A program made the position numbers and the translations under genes. A stretch of 64,000 bases of DNA from a virus (Duplodnaviria > Caudoviricetes). Location: positions 41,256 through 105,255 of IMG/VR virus record IMGVR_UViG_3300030330_006019; one strand, 5' to 3'. The stretch's first letter is position 1; each line of letters starts with the position of its first letter. The notes beneath the pieces are model-generated. The model saw only the letters and a list, made by a program, of their open reading frames with translations, was not told where the DNA came from and made no database searches. Shown in pieces: positions 39,534 to 48,658 of the stretch.

Positions 39534-40310
39534 CTAGCTAAATAAATCGTCAAACGCTTTGTTAATATCATCAGATGATTTTACACCTTGACCTTCAACC
39601 TTTTGTGCAGTTGATTGTGCTGGTGTATCAACTTGTGGAGCACCACCTGTATCACCATCTGGGTTTAACCATTCTTCTAAAGCTTGCTTTAAGTCACCAT
39701 AAGAAACCTTTCTAAATATTTCAAAAATATCCTTTTGACCATTTAGAATTTTTTCAGCAACATTTTTATCCTCTGTTGCAGCAGTTTGGTTTGGCTTAAC
39801 TCTGATAGTAGTTTTACCAAAGCTATTACCTGCTTCTTCAGGTGTATGGTATTCAACAACAACGTCTCTACCTGAACCTAAGTCTGTAATATCACCATAG
39901 TCTGGGTCAGCTATAAAACTTAACAATTCTTGGTAAACTGTTTTTCCAAATCCCCAATATTTAACACCTTCTGATTCCTTACCTCTTACAAGAATAGGAA
40001 CATAAGTTCTCATTTTTGGTTCTAACTTTCTTGACATTTGCCAATCGTCTTTATTACCTGTAGCTTTTAACTTTTCAGCAAATTCAACTGCTGGGTCAGC
40101 TTCACCAAATGTTACAGGTGATAAATAATTTTTCTTACCTAAATCATAATGAAAGTACATTTCCAAAAATGGATTGTCTTTATTGTGCTGATAAGGTACA
40201 ATTCTAATTTGATTTTTTCCTGGTTCAGGCTTCCATAAATTGTCCTGTTTTCCAGTTTGTGTTTGAAGTTTATTTAACTTCTGTCTGATTGCTTCTAAAT
40301 CTAGTGCCAT
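39534..40310 (-). CDS. gp32-like single-stranded DNA-binding protein
   Basis: LWKP...IRIVP...PF...HY...WGFGK...DITD...GRD, acidic tail FDDLFS; adjacent to recA. Confidence 0.8.
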   Translation of the reverse strand: MALDLEAIRQKLNKLQTQTGKQDNLWKPEPGKNQIRIVPYQHNKDNPFLEMYFHYDLGKKNYLSPVTFGEADPAVEFAEKLKATGNKDDWQMSRKLEPKMRTYVPILVRGKESEGVKYWGFGKTVYQELLSFIADPDYGDITDLGSGRDVVVEYHTPEEAGNSFGKTTIRVKPNQTAATEDKNVAEKILNGQKDIFEIFRKVSYGDLKQALEEWLNPDGDTGGAPQVDTPAQSTAQKVEGQGVKSSDDINKAFDDLFS

Positions 40311-40329
40311 CTTTTTCTCCTTTTAATTA

Positions 40330-40503
40330 TTATTTGTCATTTTTAATGTTTTGCACTTCTATTCTAACATCTTGTGCAATGTTTTTTACTTCTTGCATTG
40401 CCTTTCTAACTCGTGTACCTGCAGATTTATTTCCACTATTGAATTTATCAATATCTGCTTGTGTTGAGTTAACTAGGTCTTGTAATTTTTCAAAAAGTTC
40501 CAT
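40330..40503 (-). CDS. histone H1-like (Hc1 family) protein, 57 aa
   Basis: Manual ORF MELFEKLQDLVNSTQADIDKFNSGNKSAGTRVRKAMQEVKNIAQDVRIEVQNIKNDK, with AAGGAG SD and a promoter motif upstream. Confidence 0.8.
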   Translation of the reverse strand: MELFEKLQDLVNSTQADIDKFNSGNKSAGTRVRKAMQEVKNIAQDVRIEVQNIKNDK

Positions 40504-40565
40504 GTTTTTCTCCTTGTTATTTTTTAGTTAATACTAATATAACAAATTTTTTTGATATAAAAAAA

Positions 40566-40910
40566 TTATTTCCAAAAAATTTGTACTGCTATAATCATTA
40601 CTGCCAATATGAGAGATATGAATGTTTTTATTGTAATACCTTCTCCCATAAACCACCACGTTAATAACGCATATGAGCTAATACCTAAAGCAAATCCTAA
40701 AAATCTACCAGGCCATAGCAATCCATCAAAATACTCAAAAGAATATTTAGTTGCTAAAATAAAGACATAGGATATAATACTTCCCATACCTATCGATAAA
40801 ATTATTGGATTTTTGTCAAACCATTTCCAAATAAATTGGCCATTGGTTTGAAACCAGATGATTGATTGTCCTATTAGAAATAATAGAACCGCTAAGGTTA
40901 ATTTACCCAT
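40566..40910 (-). CDS. four-helix small membrane protein (DMT/SMR-like)
   Basis: four hydrophobic segments in 114 aa. Confidence 0.65.
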   Translation of the reverse strand: MGKLTLAVLLFLIGQSIIWFQTNGQFIWKWFDKNPIILSIGMGSIISYVFILATKYSFEYFDGLLWPGRFLGFALGISSYALLTWWFMGEGITIKTFISLILAVMIIAVQIFWK

Positions 40911-40993
40911 AACACTTTAATTTTGTAGTTTTTAATTATTAATCTGTAATATACTAAATTTATTTGACAATAAAAAATTATTTACTATAAATA

Positions 40994-41395
40994 TCAATTT
41001 TTAATCTTTATATGCACAATATCAAGAACTTTTGTATCTATTCTTTTAAGTTCATTATCAGCTGTAGTTAATAATGAGTTTCTATAGTTATCCCATTCTA
41101 CTTGATATGATGTATCTAATACACCATTATTTACTGATTGAATTAATTTGTTTAATGCATTAATTGTGTATAAAGTATTTGTTTGTTTTTTTCTATGTAA
41201 TGATATTGTGTTTTCCAATATTTGTGAATCTTCACCTTGTTCAACATTATATGTACACATTACTTCCCTGTCATCACCAACATTTTCTAAAACAAATATT
41301 TTGTTATATAGTACATCATATGTATCAACGATTACATCAATTGTTTTGTGGTATCCTTTTCTTACTGAAAATGTACATAGTAGTTGTGTTTTCAT
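40994..41395 (-). CDS. hypothetical phage protein
   Basis: KTQLLCTF...TYNV...SLHRKKQTNTLYTINALN. Confidence 0.75.
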   Translation of the reverse strand: MKTQLLCTFSVRKGYHKTIDVIVDTYDVLYNKIFVLENVGDDREVMCTYNVEQGEDSQILENTISLHRKKQTNTLYTINALNKLIQSVNNGVLDTSYQVEWDNYRNSLLTTADNELKRIDTKVLDIVHIKIKN

Positions 41396-43449
41396 TATAT
41401 CTTCCCTAATACCAATCTTCCTGGCTTTATACTTCCACCTGATACTGAAAATGATAATGTGTCTTCGCTTCCAGAGCGTAAATCAACTTGAGTATATTGT
41501 GTACCACTTTCATTTATTGAATGTAGTATCCACATTTTAACTGAAGTATGTCCTTTTCCTTTTTGTACTTTTGAATCAACTACAACGCCTGGTATATATT
41601 GTCCGTCCTTTACAGCATCTTTCATATCCATAGCCTTTAGCCTATCTTCCCTAAATTCCTTACCACTCTTTAGATATTCATATGCCTTTCCACTAGGTGG
41701 AACACCATATACCTTAAATAGTGGAAGTTCAGTTCTACCAAAATACATTTCTTTTTCTAATTCAACAAATTCCTCCAATACAGTAGAAACTTGTTTGACA
41801 CTTCCAGCTTTACTCTTTAGCATTGCCGATAAATGTTCGTATGCCATAAAATTTATCATTAGCTTAAGTGCATATTTTGCACCATCACTTTCAGATTTAG
41901 GTACAGTTAATACTGGACCTGAAGATTGTTTTGTACCATCTATTCCATCATTTGGAACATCTAATAATTTTTTTAATGTTTGCCATTCACCATTTGCTTT
42001 AGAATGTAGGCTTTTTAATTCTGTCATATTTCCTTGCATTGCCAATTGGCCACACAGGCTTGCATATCCAGAATAACTATATTTTTTTGGTGAAGACTTT
42101 GCTTCTTTAAGTTGTCTTGCAGCCGTCTTAAATCTTGACTTCATAAACTTATCTAGACTTGACGATGGTTTTGTTTTCTTTACAGATAAACTTTTAACCA
42201 TAGTTTTACTAAACGATGACACCTTACTTTTTATCTTAGAAAATGCTGAAATAAATTTATCCTTAATAAATGTTAGTCCTTGTTTGAAATAATCTTTTAG
42301 ACCTTCATTTAGTAAAAACTTGCTATTTCCATATTCTATCCAGTCTTTTGTTAACTGAAGTCTCCATGTATCATTTGGAGATTTAGTACCATACATATCC
42401 CTAAAGCTTTTTACTATTCTACCTAATTGTGCACCGCCATCTGACTTTTTATTACTTATTTGATAGAACTCATCACCTGATTCTGTTTTACATTTACCTG
42501 AACTATCAAATGTAACTTTGTCTTTTGCAATGTTAGCAATTAACGTAGATGCTGGTGACTTTGTTATAATAGTATCTGCCGTGTTATCCTTAAACCCTTT
42601 CTTATCTAAATTATCATTCTTTTCACCAGCAGCATAATATTTACCTATACTCTTGTGAATAAAATTCCAACCTTTACAACCATGAACTGCTGCAAATTTT
42701 TGTACACCTATTGCCAATTCTAAAGCAGCAAGTAAATCTGGGAGTGCAACAAGTTTTCCTTTTAGTCCAGAAGCTCCACCTGATTCTGACCTAAGTGCAC
42801 CTTCAAAGTCAGATATTGCAGCTTGTTGGTCAGCGTCAGTTGCTTTTCCTGATGTTAACCTATTGTAGTGTTTTATAGCATCAAAGTATAAACCTGTACA
42901 TGCAGCAGATTCTAAAGTGTTTTCATTCCAAGTTACATCTCCACCACTTTTTCCTTTTCCAACATTACCAAACATTTTTTTAAGTTTATTCTTTGAACCT
43001 GTTATGGCATATGTTATTCCTGTATCACTTGCCTTAATGTAAACAGTATGGTCAGCTGACCCCCCAATATTTAATTGTTTTGCATCTTTACTTTCTGGTT
43101 GTACAAAGAATGGACCTTTTGGTGGGGATTCGCCTGCAGCTGTAAATAGTGCATCTGTATTTGTTACTGATATTAATTCTGTACCAACAGCTTTGTCCCA
43201 AACTGATGCTTCAGTTAGTAATTTTTCTTCTGAAATAATTTTTCCAATATTTACACAAAGTGTTTGAAATTCCTTTATAGGTTTATTTGGGTCTATAACA
43301 TTTGACAAATAACTGGAAATAAATTCTTTAGGATAGTTATATGACTTTAGTACATCTTCTAATATTTGAAAATGAGTCCTATTTTTAGGGTCTGGGCAAC
43401 CATCATTTACTTTATATGCCCAATCTCTAACAATGCTATCTATGTTCAT
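41395..43449 (-). CDS. large hypothetical protein, possible virion-packaged PD-(D/E)XK-like nuclease
   Basis: 684 aa; late-type motif upstream; LTEA/LNEG/LKEA sites; E...TAD...QISNK pattern. Confidence 0.55.
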   Translation of the reverse strand: MNIDSIVRDWAYKVNDGCPDPKNRTHFQILEDVLKSYNYPKEFISSYLSNVIDPNKPIKEFQTLCVNIGKIISEEKLLTEASVWDKAVGTELISVTNTDALFTAAGESPPKGPFFVQPESKDAKQLNIGGSADHTVYIKASDTGITYAITGSKNKLKKMFGNVGKGKSGGDVTWNENTLESAACTGLYFDAIKHYNRLTSGKATDADQQAAISDFEGALRSESGGASGLKGKLVALPDLLAALELAIGVQKFAAVHGCKGWNFIHKSIGKYYAAGEKNDNLDKKGFKDNTADTIITKSPASTLIANIAKDKVTFDSSGKCKTESGDEFYQISNKKSDGGAQLGRIVKSFRDMYGTKSPNDTWRLQLTKDWIEYGNSKFLLNEGLKDYFKQGLTFIKDKFISAFSKIKSKVSSFSKTMVKSLSVKKTKPSSSLDKFMKSRFKTAARQLKEAKSSPKKYSYSGYASLCGQLAMQGNMTELKSLHSKANGEWQTLKKLLDVPNDGIDGTKQSSGPVLTVPKSESDGAKYALKLMINFMAYEHLSAMLKSKAGSVKQVSTVLEEFVELEKEMYFGRTELPLFKVYGVPPSGKAYEYLKSGKEFREDRLKAMDMKDAVKDGQYIPGVVVDSKVQKGKGHTSVKMWILHSINESGTQYTQVDLRSGSEDTLSFSVSGGSIKPGRLVLGKI

Positions 43450-43474
43450 AAGCTATTCCTTTACAATATAAATA

Positions 43475-44827
43475 TCAACTTACAACCTTAGATAGGGTGT
43501 TTTTCATATCTTGGTATGTTTTACCATAATTTACACTAACTGGGTGGTTAAAGCATGACGTTATACTGTTAAGTATATCCTCATCTATATTTTCACAATC
43601 AAATAAAAAAGAGTCATATGTTGACAGTACAAGATTTATATTTTTAGTTTGTTGTATGTTTAACAATTTTGCAATTACTTTTGAATTATTTTCAGTTTCT
43701 GCTGCCTGTATATAGTAATTAAATAACTTGTTCTTATTTAAGTCTTCATAATTGCTTGCATACATTTTTCTACGAAATATTGGAGTTTCAACATATCCAT
43801 TTTTTTGATAATCATTCCAAAGAATATTAATAAATTTTCTTATCATATTAAAATATTCTATTCCACCTAAATTGTCAGGTACACCACCATATAATACTCT
43901 AAATGACATTTCCTTTGATTTTTTGTATTCATCTTCTGATATGTTTTCTTTGTTAAAATACTGTTTTGCTAGATATGTATGAACTGATGTTTTTGGAAAA
44001 TCATATCCAATTATATCAGAAATTAACCGTAAGTGATATGCATCAAAGTCAAATTCCACCAAACTACCATTGTCATACCTACTTGTAAAAATACTTCTAG
44101 TGTTGTCGTCTTTATTTAATGCTGCAAAGTTTATACCTCCATGTCTGTTACTTGGCCTTCCTGTTGTTGTGTAAATATTATATTCTGTAAATATTTTGTC
44201 AACATTTACATTATATAATTGTCCACCCTTAAATGTTTCTTCAAAAAGAGATGAATTAATATGTAAACCATTTTTTTCTATTTTTGAAAAGTTATTTATT
44301 AAATTTGTATATTCAATATATTGTGGACTATTTGAAATATCTTCATCTATTATTGGTATCATTAAGTTTTTTATGTTTCTACACATTTCATAATGCTTAA
44401 GTATAGGAATAAATTCATTTATGTTTCTATATTTCCAATACTTACTTTCATAGTAAATATGAGCACTAGTGGCACATTTAGACACATCTAATGAAGAGTT
44501 ATTAACAAAGTAATTAATCAAGTTAACATCCTTTATGTTTTTGCACTGAAATAAATTATAGATGATTTTGCTATCAAAAACATAGGTTTTTGCATTTCCA
44601 TTTAGTGTAAATAAATTTATATCAAAATTCATAAGAGAATCTTCACCTGTAAACGGTATAACATAATCCTTTCCATCAAAAAGTGTATAGACATATATTA
44701 AATGTACTCTATTATTTAATGAATGCTTATTTATATCAGAAAGTACAGGTATAATAATACTATCACGGGATTGTATAGTATTACAAATGTAAGAGAAGTC
44801 TTTTTGTGTTTCTATAATCATAACCAA
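43475..44827 (-). CDS. divergent, short family A DNA polymerase
   Basis: TTTGRPS, DFDAYHLR (motif A), K.MSF.VLYG (motif B), NYYIQ, TYDS (motif C). Confidence 0.82.
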   Translation of the reverse strand: MVMIIETQKDFSYICNTIQSRDSIIIPVLSDINKHSLNNRVHLIYVYTLFDGKDYVIPFTGEDSLMNFDINLFTLNGNAKTYVFDSKIIYNLFQCKNIKDVNLINYFVNNSSLDVSKCATSAHIYYESKYWKYRNINEFIPILKHYEMCRNIKNLMIPIIDEDISNSPQYIEYTNLINNFSKIEKNGLHINSSLFEETFKGGQLYNVNVDKIFTEYNIYTTTGRPSNRHGGINFAALNKDDNTRSIFTSRYDNGSLVEFDFDAYHLRLISDIIGYDFPKTSVHTYLAKQYFNKENISEDEYKKSKEMSFRVLYGGVPDNLGGIEYFNMIRKFINILWNDYQKNGYVETPIFRRKMYASNYEDLNKNKLFNYYIQAAETENNSKVIAKLLNIQQTKNINLVLSTYDSFLFDCENIDEDILNSITSCFNHPVSVNYGKTYQDMKNTLSKVVS

Positions 44828-44868
44828 ATTTGTTTTAATATAACCAAAAATATTGACAAATAAAAATA

Positions 44869-45444
44869 TTATCGGCTAAACTGTGTCAAGTCACTTAAGT
44901 AATTTTTTAACGTTGGTATTATTTTACTAGCATCATCAACAACCTTTTTATTTTTAGACTCTGTAGTCATCATAAAAGCAATTGAAGATTCTTGTTCTAG
45001 ATTTTTAGTTATATGCCAATCTAATTCCATCTCTGCATATAGTCCTTCAGGAAGTCCTGCAATTTTTCTAGGATATTCTTTTTCTGATGTTTCATACAGT
45101 TTATTATAATCATTTCTTTTTGCTATAAAATATCTTGTTATAAATCCATTTTCAAAATCCTCATCACTAGGGTTAGGTATAAACGTAAATGGCAAAGCTG
45201 TATTTTGAGAAACTTGAATTATGTCACTTTCAGTGTATGCATTTTTATAACCAACAATTAATGGATTTTCTTCAATTGAAACCAGTCTTTTGTGTGGTTC
45301 AGGGACATGAACTTTTCCAACCATAGGACCTTTGTCTGGGTGTACATGATAAAATCCAACATAGTCTTCACCATCTAATAAGAATTCACCACCTTTAGTA
45401 AAAAGTGCCTTTTGTATTCCGTCTGAAGAAGCATATATACTCAT
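44869..45444 (-). CDS. hypothetical protein (baseplate module)
   Basis: 191 aa ORF at the end of the tail operon. Confidence 0.7.
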   Translation of the reverse strand: MSIYASSDGIQKALFTKGGEFLLDGEDYVGFYHVHPDKGPMVGKVHVPEPHKRLVSIEENPLIVGYKNAYTESDIIQVSQNTALPFTFIPNPSDEDFENGFITRYFIAKRNDYNKLYETSEKEYPRKIAGLPEGLYAEMELDWHITKNLEQESSIAFMMTTESKNKKVVDDASKIIPTLKNYLSDLTQFSR

Positions 45445-45446
45445 AG

Positions 45447-48341
45447 TTATTTTCCAGCCTGTTTAGATAATCTCATCATTCCATCAACGGTGGTTTCCCA
45501 ATCACCACCTTGTATTGTATGTCCAACCTTTGTAACCATAAATAATGCAGCTCGTGAATGTCTTCTTGGTAAAGCTGCTCTCATTGAAAATGCATTACCC
45601 ATATATATTCCAGATATACCGTCTGTAGTAAATCCAACATTAAATGGAAGAAGTGGCGAGTATTCATCCTCTTCAGTAGCAGCTTCTGAGTCTTCACCTT
45701 CAGCTTGTATATTCATTTGCTGAGATGCTTGTAAGTAACCTCCACCAACAAATAACTGTGCTGACTTTTCCACTAAGTTATCTAGACCATCCTTTGCAAT
45801 TTCAAATGCATCTGTTGTATACTCACCATACGCATTCCACATTGAAATCATAAATGTTTCATCAGCTGTTAATGTTGGGTTATCTGTGTCTGTTGACTTT
45901 ACAGTTTCAGATGCATATAATCTATCTTGAATTCTAGCAGATTGTACAGAAAATGCTCCACCTGAAGTTGCACCGGCTTTGTCATCATCATCTTTAAGTG
46001 CAGATGTTGCACCAATAAACATCATTGCTTGTAAACCAGTTGGTATTTTTGATGTCATAGTAACATTTCTAACTAAAGAAAATTTAGTAAGTGCTCCGAA
46101 GTCATATGCAAATTGTAAGTCTGAACCTGACATATCGATATGTGCATTTGTGTATTCATTTGAGTACATTTGCTTTTCGGCCTCTTCATCATATGTTGAA
46201 GGAGAATCTGCATCTGCACTAACAGTTTCCCACTTACCTTCTCCTCCACGACCAAATGCACTTAAGTTTGAATTCATTACATTCATGTCTTTCATTTCTA
46301 TACCTGGAGTATTGGGGTTATCAACAATAACTGGGTCCCATTGATTTCCAAAACAACTATTTACATTTTCACAAAGTGTCATTAAAAAATCTTTAATACT
46401 ATTTCTACTAGGTTCAGTTGCAAGGGTTCTTAATACATCTTCAATTAAATCAAAGTTTACATATACACCTCTTAATGGCATTGCAGTTGCTTTTACATCG
46501 TAGATACTACCTGTACCTTTTATTTTTTTATTACCTTTTTTTAGTACTTCCACATTTATCTTACCAGCTTTAGTCCATACCTTTCTTCCATTTGTAACTT
46601 GTCCTGGGCAAACAACCCACCTTCTTCTATATTCATCGTCAAAACTTAAAGCTTTATCTGAGTTTTCCTCACTAGCCTCTTGCTTTGATTTATGGTAGTC
46701 TTTTAACAAGTCTTTATATTTTTGCCATGTTTTGTATTGTCCTGGCCAGATACATAGTGTTGGGTCTGAACTAATTGGTTCTAATAACTCGTTTACTTCT
46801 TTTTCTTCTTCTGAATTATTTTCTTTTGCTTCTTTTACACATCTCCAATTAAACATATTCGGAATAAACCCACCATACTTAGCATCACGTGATCCACCTT
46901 TTTTTAATTTAACAGCACGCTTATATCTTTGAACTGCACTAAGTACAAAAAAGTTATCTGCAAGTTCTCCACTTGCTAAGTCATTCATTTCCCAAGATAA
47001 TACTCTACATAGTACGTCTTCAATAAATCTCCAACTTACATATGTAACTTTTGTATCTTGGTCCTTTCCTATAAGTGTTTGAAATGAATATATGTGATTT
47101 TGACCTTTATATGTTGCAAAGTATTCACCAACTTGGCCACCAAACTTATTTGGCTGACCTGACCTTAATTTTATTTGAGGTATTGAATATTTTCCTTTTT
47201 CACCATCATCATGTGAAAAACATACTCTACAATTTATAACATCTTCCTTTTTTCCTTTAGTATTATATTTTAACCAAAGTTCTCTTTCACCTAAGTTTAG
47301 ATTTTTTTTCATCCATGCCCTAGTTGAACTATCACTTAGTCCTTTTTTTAATGCATTACCTTGTATTGCTGGATTTGATATATCACCATCTTCTGTTAAA
47401 CTTTCACCTTCAATAAATGCACGTATTGCTTTAATATCTGATAATGGTTCAGCACTATCTTCATCTCCATTTTTTGGTGTAATTGTAAATCCTAAATTGT
47501 TTTTCTTTAATGGAGCATCAACAACAAATGAATTAGGACTCATTAAATCCACTTGGCAATCATAACCAGAATCTTGTCTAACTGTGTATTGAAAATTACT
47601 AATTACACCAAGCATTCCATCATATAGTCCTGCCTGGTTTGGTTCATTACTCTCACCTGTTCCTAAACTTCTGTCACGAATTGCAGTAACATACTCATCT
47701 TGACTTCCTGCTTCTGGTAAAAAAGAACCTTTATAATGTGACCAACCCCATTCCAATACTACACTAATACCAGGTGTCATATATAACATTTGGTAAATAT
47801 GTAAATCAGTTTCTGTAAAAACTGTAAAATCTATTTTTGCTTTTCTAATGGAACCCATCATACCTGACTGGTCAATTGAAACCCTAGTTATACCAGGTGC
47901 TGGTGTATTTCTAAAATTACTTCCAGGTCTATACCAAAGATTCTTTGGAGAGTTTTGTGTAAACTTTTGAGGAGTATTTCCTGGTGCATCTGCATTTATT
48001 TGTCCACCAAAAAGTTGAAAGTTAAGTCTTAAGTTTTTAACAAAGTCACTATCAGAAGTATGTTTTTTACCATTATATATAATATCATCAGAAATTACTG
48101 CATTTGATAACATTTTTACCCATGCAGTTTTTCCTGCAGGTTCTTCCAATCCAGCATAAAATTGATTACCTGCTTTATTAGGAAGACCTATTGCAGTGAA
48201 GCCTTCTGCATTAGTAGAACGAATTCCACGTAGTTTACCAAACTCAGTATGTGTACCCTTTGACAATTGATACTGTCTTGCGTTTAACCTTTGTTGAATA
48301 TTGGGGTCAATAGGGTCTAAAAATATTCCTCTCCATGACAT
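45447..48341 (-). CDS. putative baseplate hub / tail-associated protein
   Basis: PGITRVSI, PGISVVLEWGW, YDGMLG.ISNF, DGISGI..GNAF...V.H.I...WETT; follows the LysM gene. Confidence 0.65.
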   Translation of the reverse strand: MSWRGIFLDPIDPNIQQRLNARQYQLSKGTHTEFGKLRGIRSTNAEGFTAIGLPNKAGNQFYAGLEEPAGKTAWVKMLSNAVISDDIIYNGKKHTSDSDFVKNLRLNFQLFGGQINADAPGNTPQKFTQNSPKNLWYRPGSNFRNTPAPGITRVSIDQSGMMGSIRKAKIDFTVFTETDLHIYQMLYMTPGISVVLEWGWSHYKGSFLPEAGSQDEYVTAIRDRSLGTGESNEPNQAGLYDGMLGVISNFQYTVRQDSGYDCQVDLMSPNSFVVDAPLKKNNLGFTITPKNGDEDSAEPLSDIKAIRAFIEGESLTEDGDISNPAIQGNALKKGLSDSSTRAWMKKNLNLGERELWLKYNTKGKKEDVINCRVCFSHDDGEKGKYSIPQIKLRSGQPNKFGGQVGEYFATYKGQNHIYSFQTLIGKDQDTKVTYVSWRFIEDVLCRVLSWEMNDLASGELADNFFVLSAVQRYKRAVKLKKGGSRDAKYGGFIPNMFNWRCVKEAKENNSEEEKEVNELLEPISSDPTLCIWPGQYKTWQKYKDLLKDYHKSKQEASEENSDKALSFDDEYRRRWVVCPGQVTNGRKVWTKAGKINVEVLKKGNKKIKGTGSIYDVKATAMPLRGVYVNFDLIEDVLRTLATEPSRNSIKDFLMTLCENVNSCFGNQWDPVIVDNPNTPGIEMKDMNVMNSNLSAFGRGGEGKWETVSADADSPSTYDEEAEKQMYSNEYTNAHIDMSGSDLQFAYDFGALTKFSLVRNVTMTSKIPTGLQAMMFIGATSALKDDDDKAGATSGGAFSVQSARIQDRLYASETVKSTDTDNPTLTADETFMISMWNAYGEYTTDAFEIAKDGLDNLVEKSAQLFVGGGYLQASQQMNIQAEGEDSEAATEEDEYSPLLPFNVGFTTDGISGIYMGNAFSMRAALPRRHSRAALFMVTKVGHTIQGGDWETTVDGMMRLSKQAGK

Positions 48342-48347
48342 AACTTA

Positions 48348-48647
48348 TTATCCTCTATTTTGTATTTGTTCATATAGTATTTCAACATCTTGTACATCAC
48401 CAGGTATTCTAAGTTGAATTCCACTTTCCAAAGCTGTTGTTCCTAGTCCTACACTATTTGCAGATGCTATTATCCACCAAAATTCTGGTGAGCCATAGTA
48501 CTGATTTGCTATTAAGTCTAGTCTATCACCAGTTACCGTTATGACATAAATATCATTTGGAGACTTTGGTATAGTTGGCATAATGGTTGTTTGATACCTA
48601 TCCTTATTATCTATATTTTTTTGAAATGTAAATTGTCCTCTATTCAT
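48348..48647 (-). CDS. LysM-domain baseplate wedge protein (gp53-like)
   Basis: GDRLDLIANQYYGSPEFWWIIASAN...GIQLRIP. Confidence 0.85.
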   Translation of the reverse strand: MNRGQFTFQKNIDNKDRYQTTIMPTIPKSPNDIYVITVTGDRLDLIANQYYGSPEFWWIIASANSVGLGTTALESGIQLRIPGDVQDVEILYEQIQNRG

Positions 48648-48658
48648 TACCTATCTCC

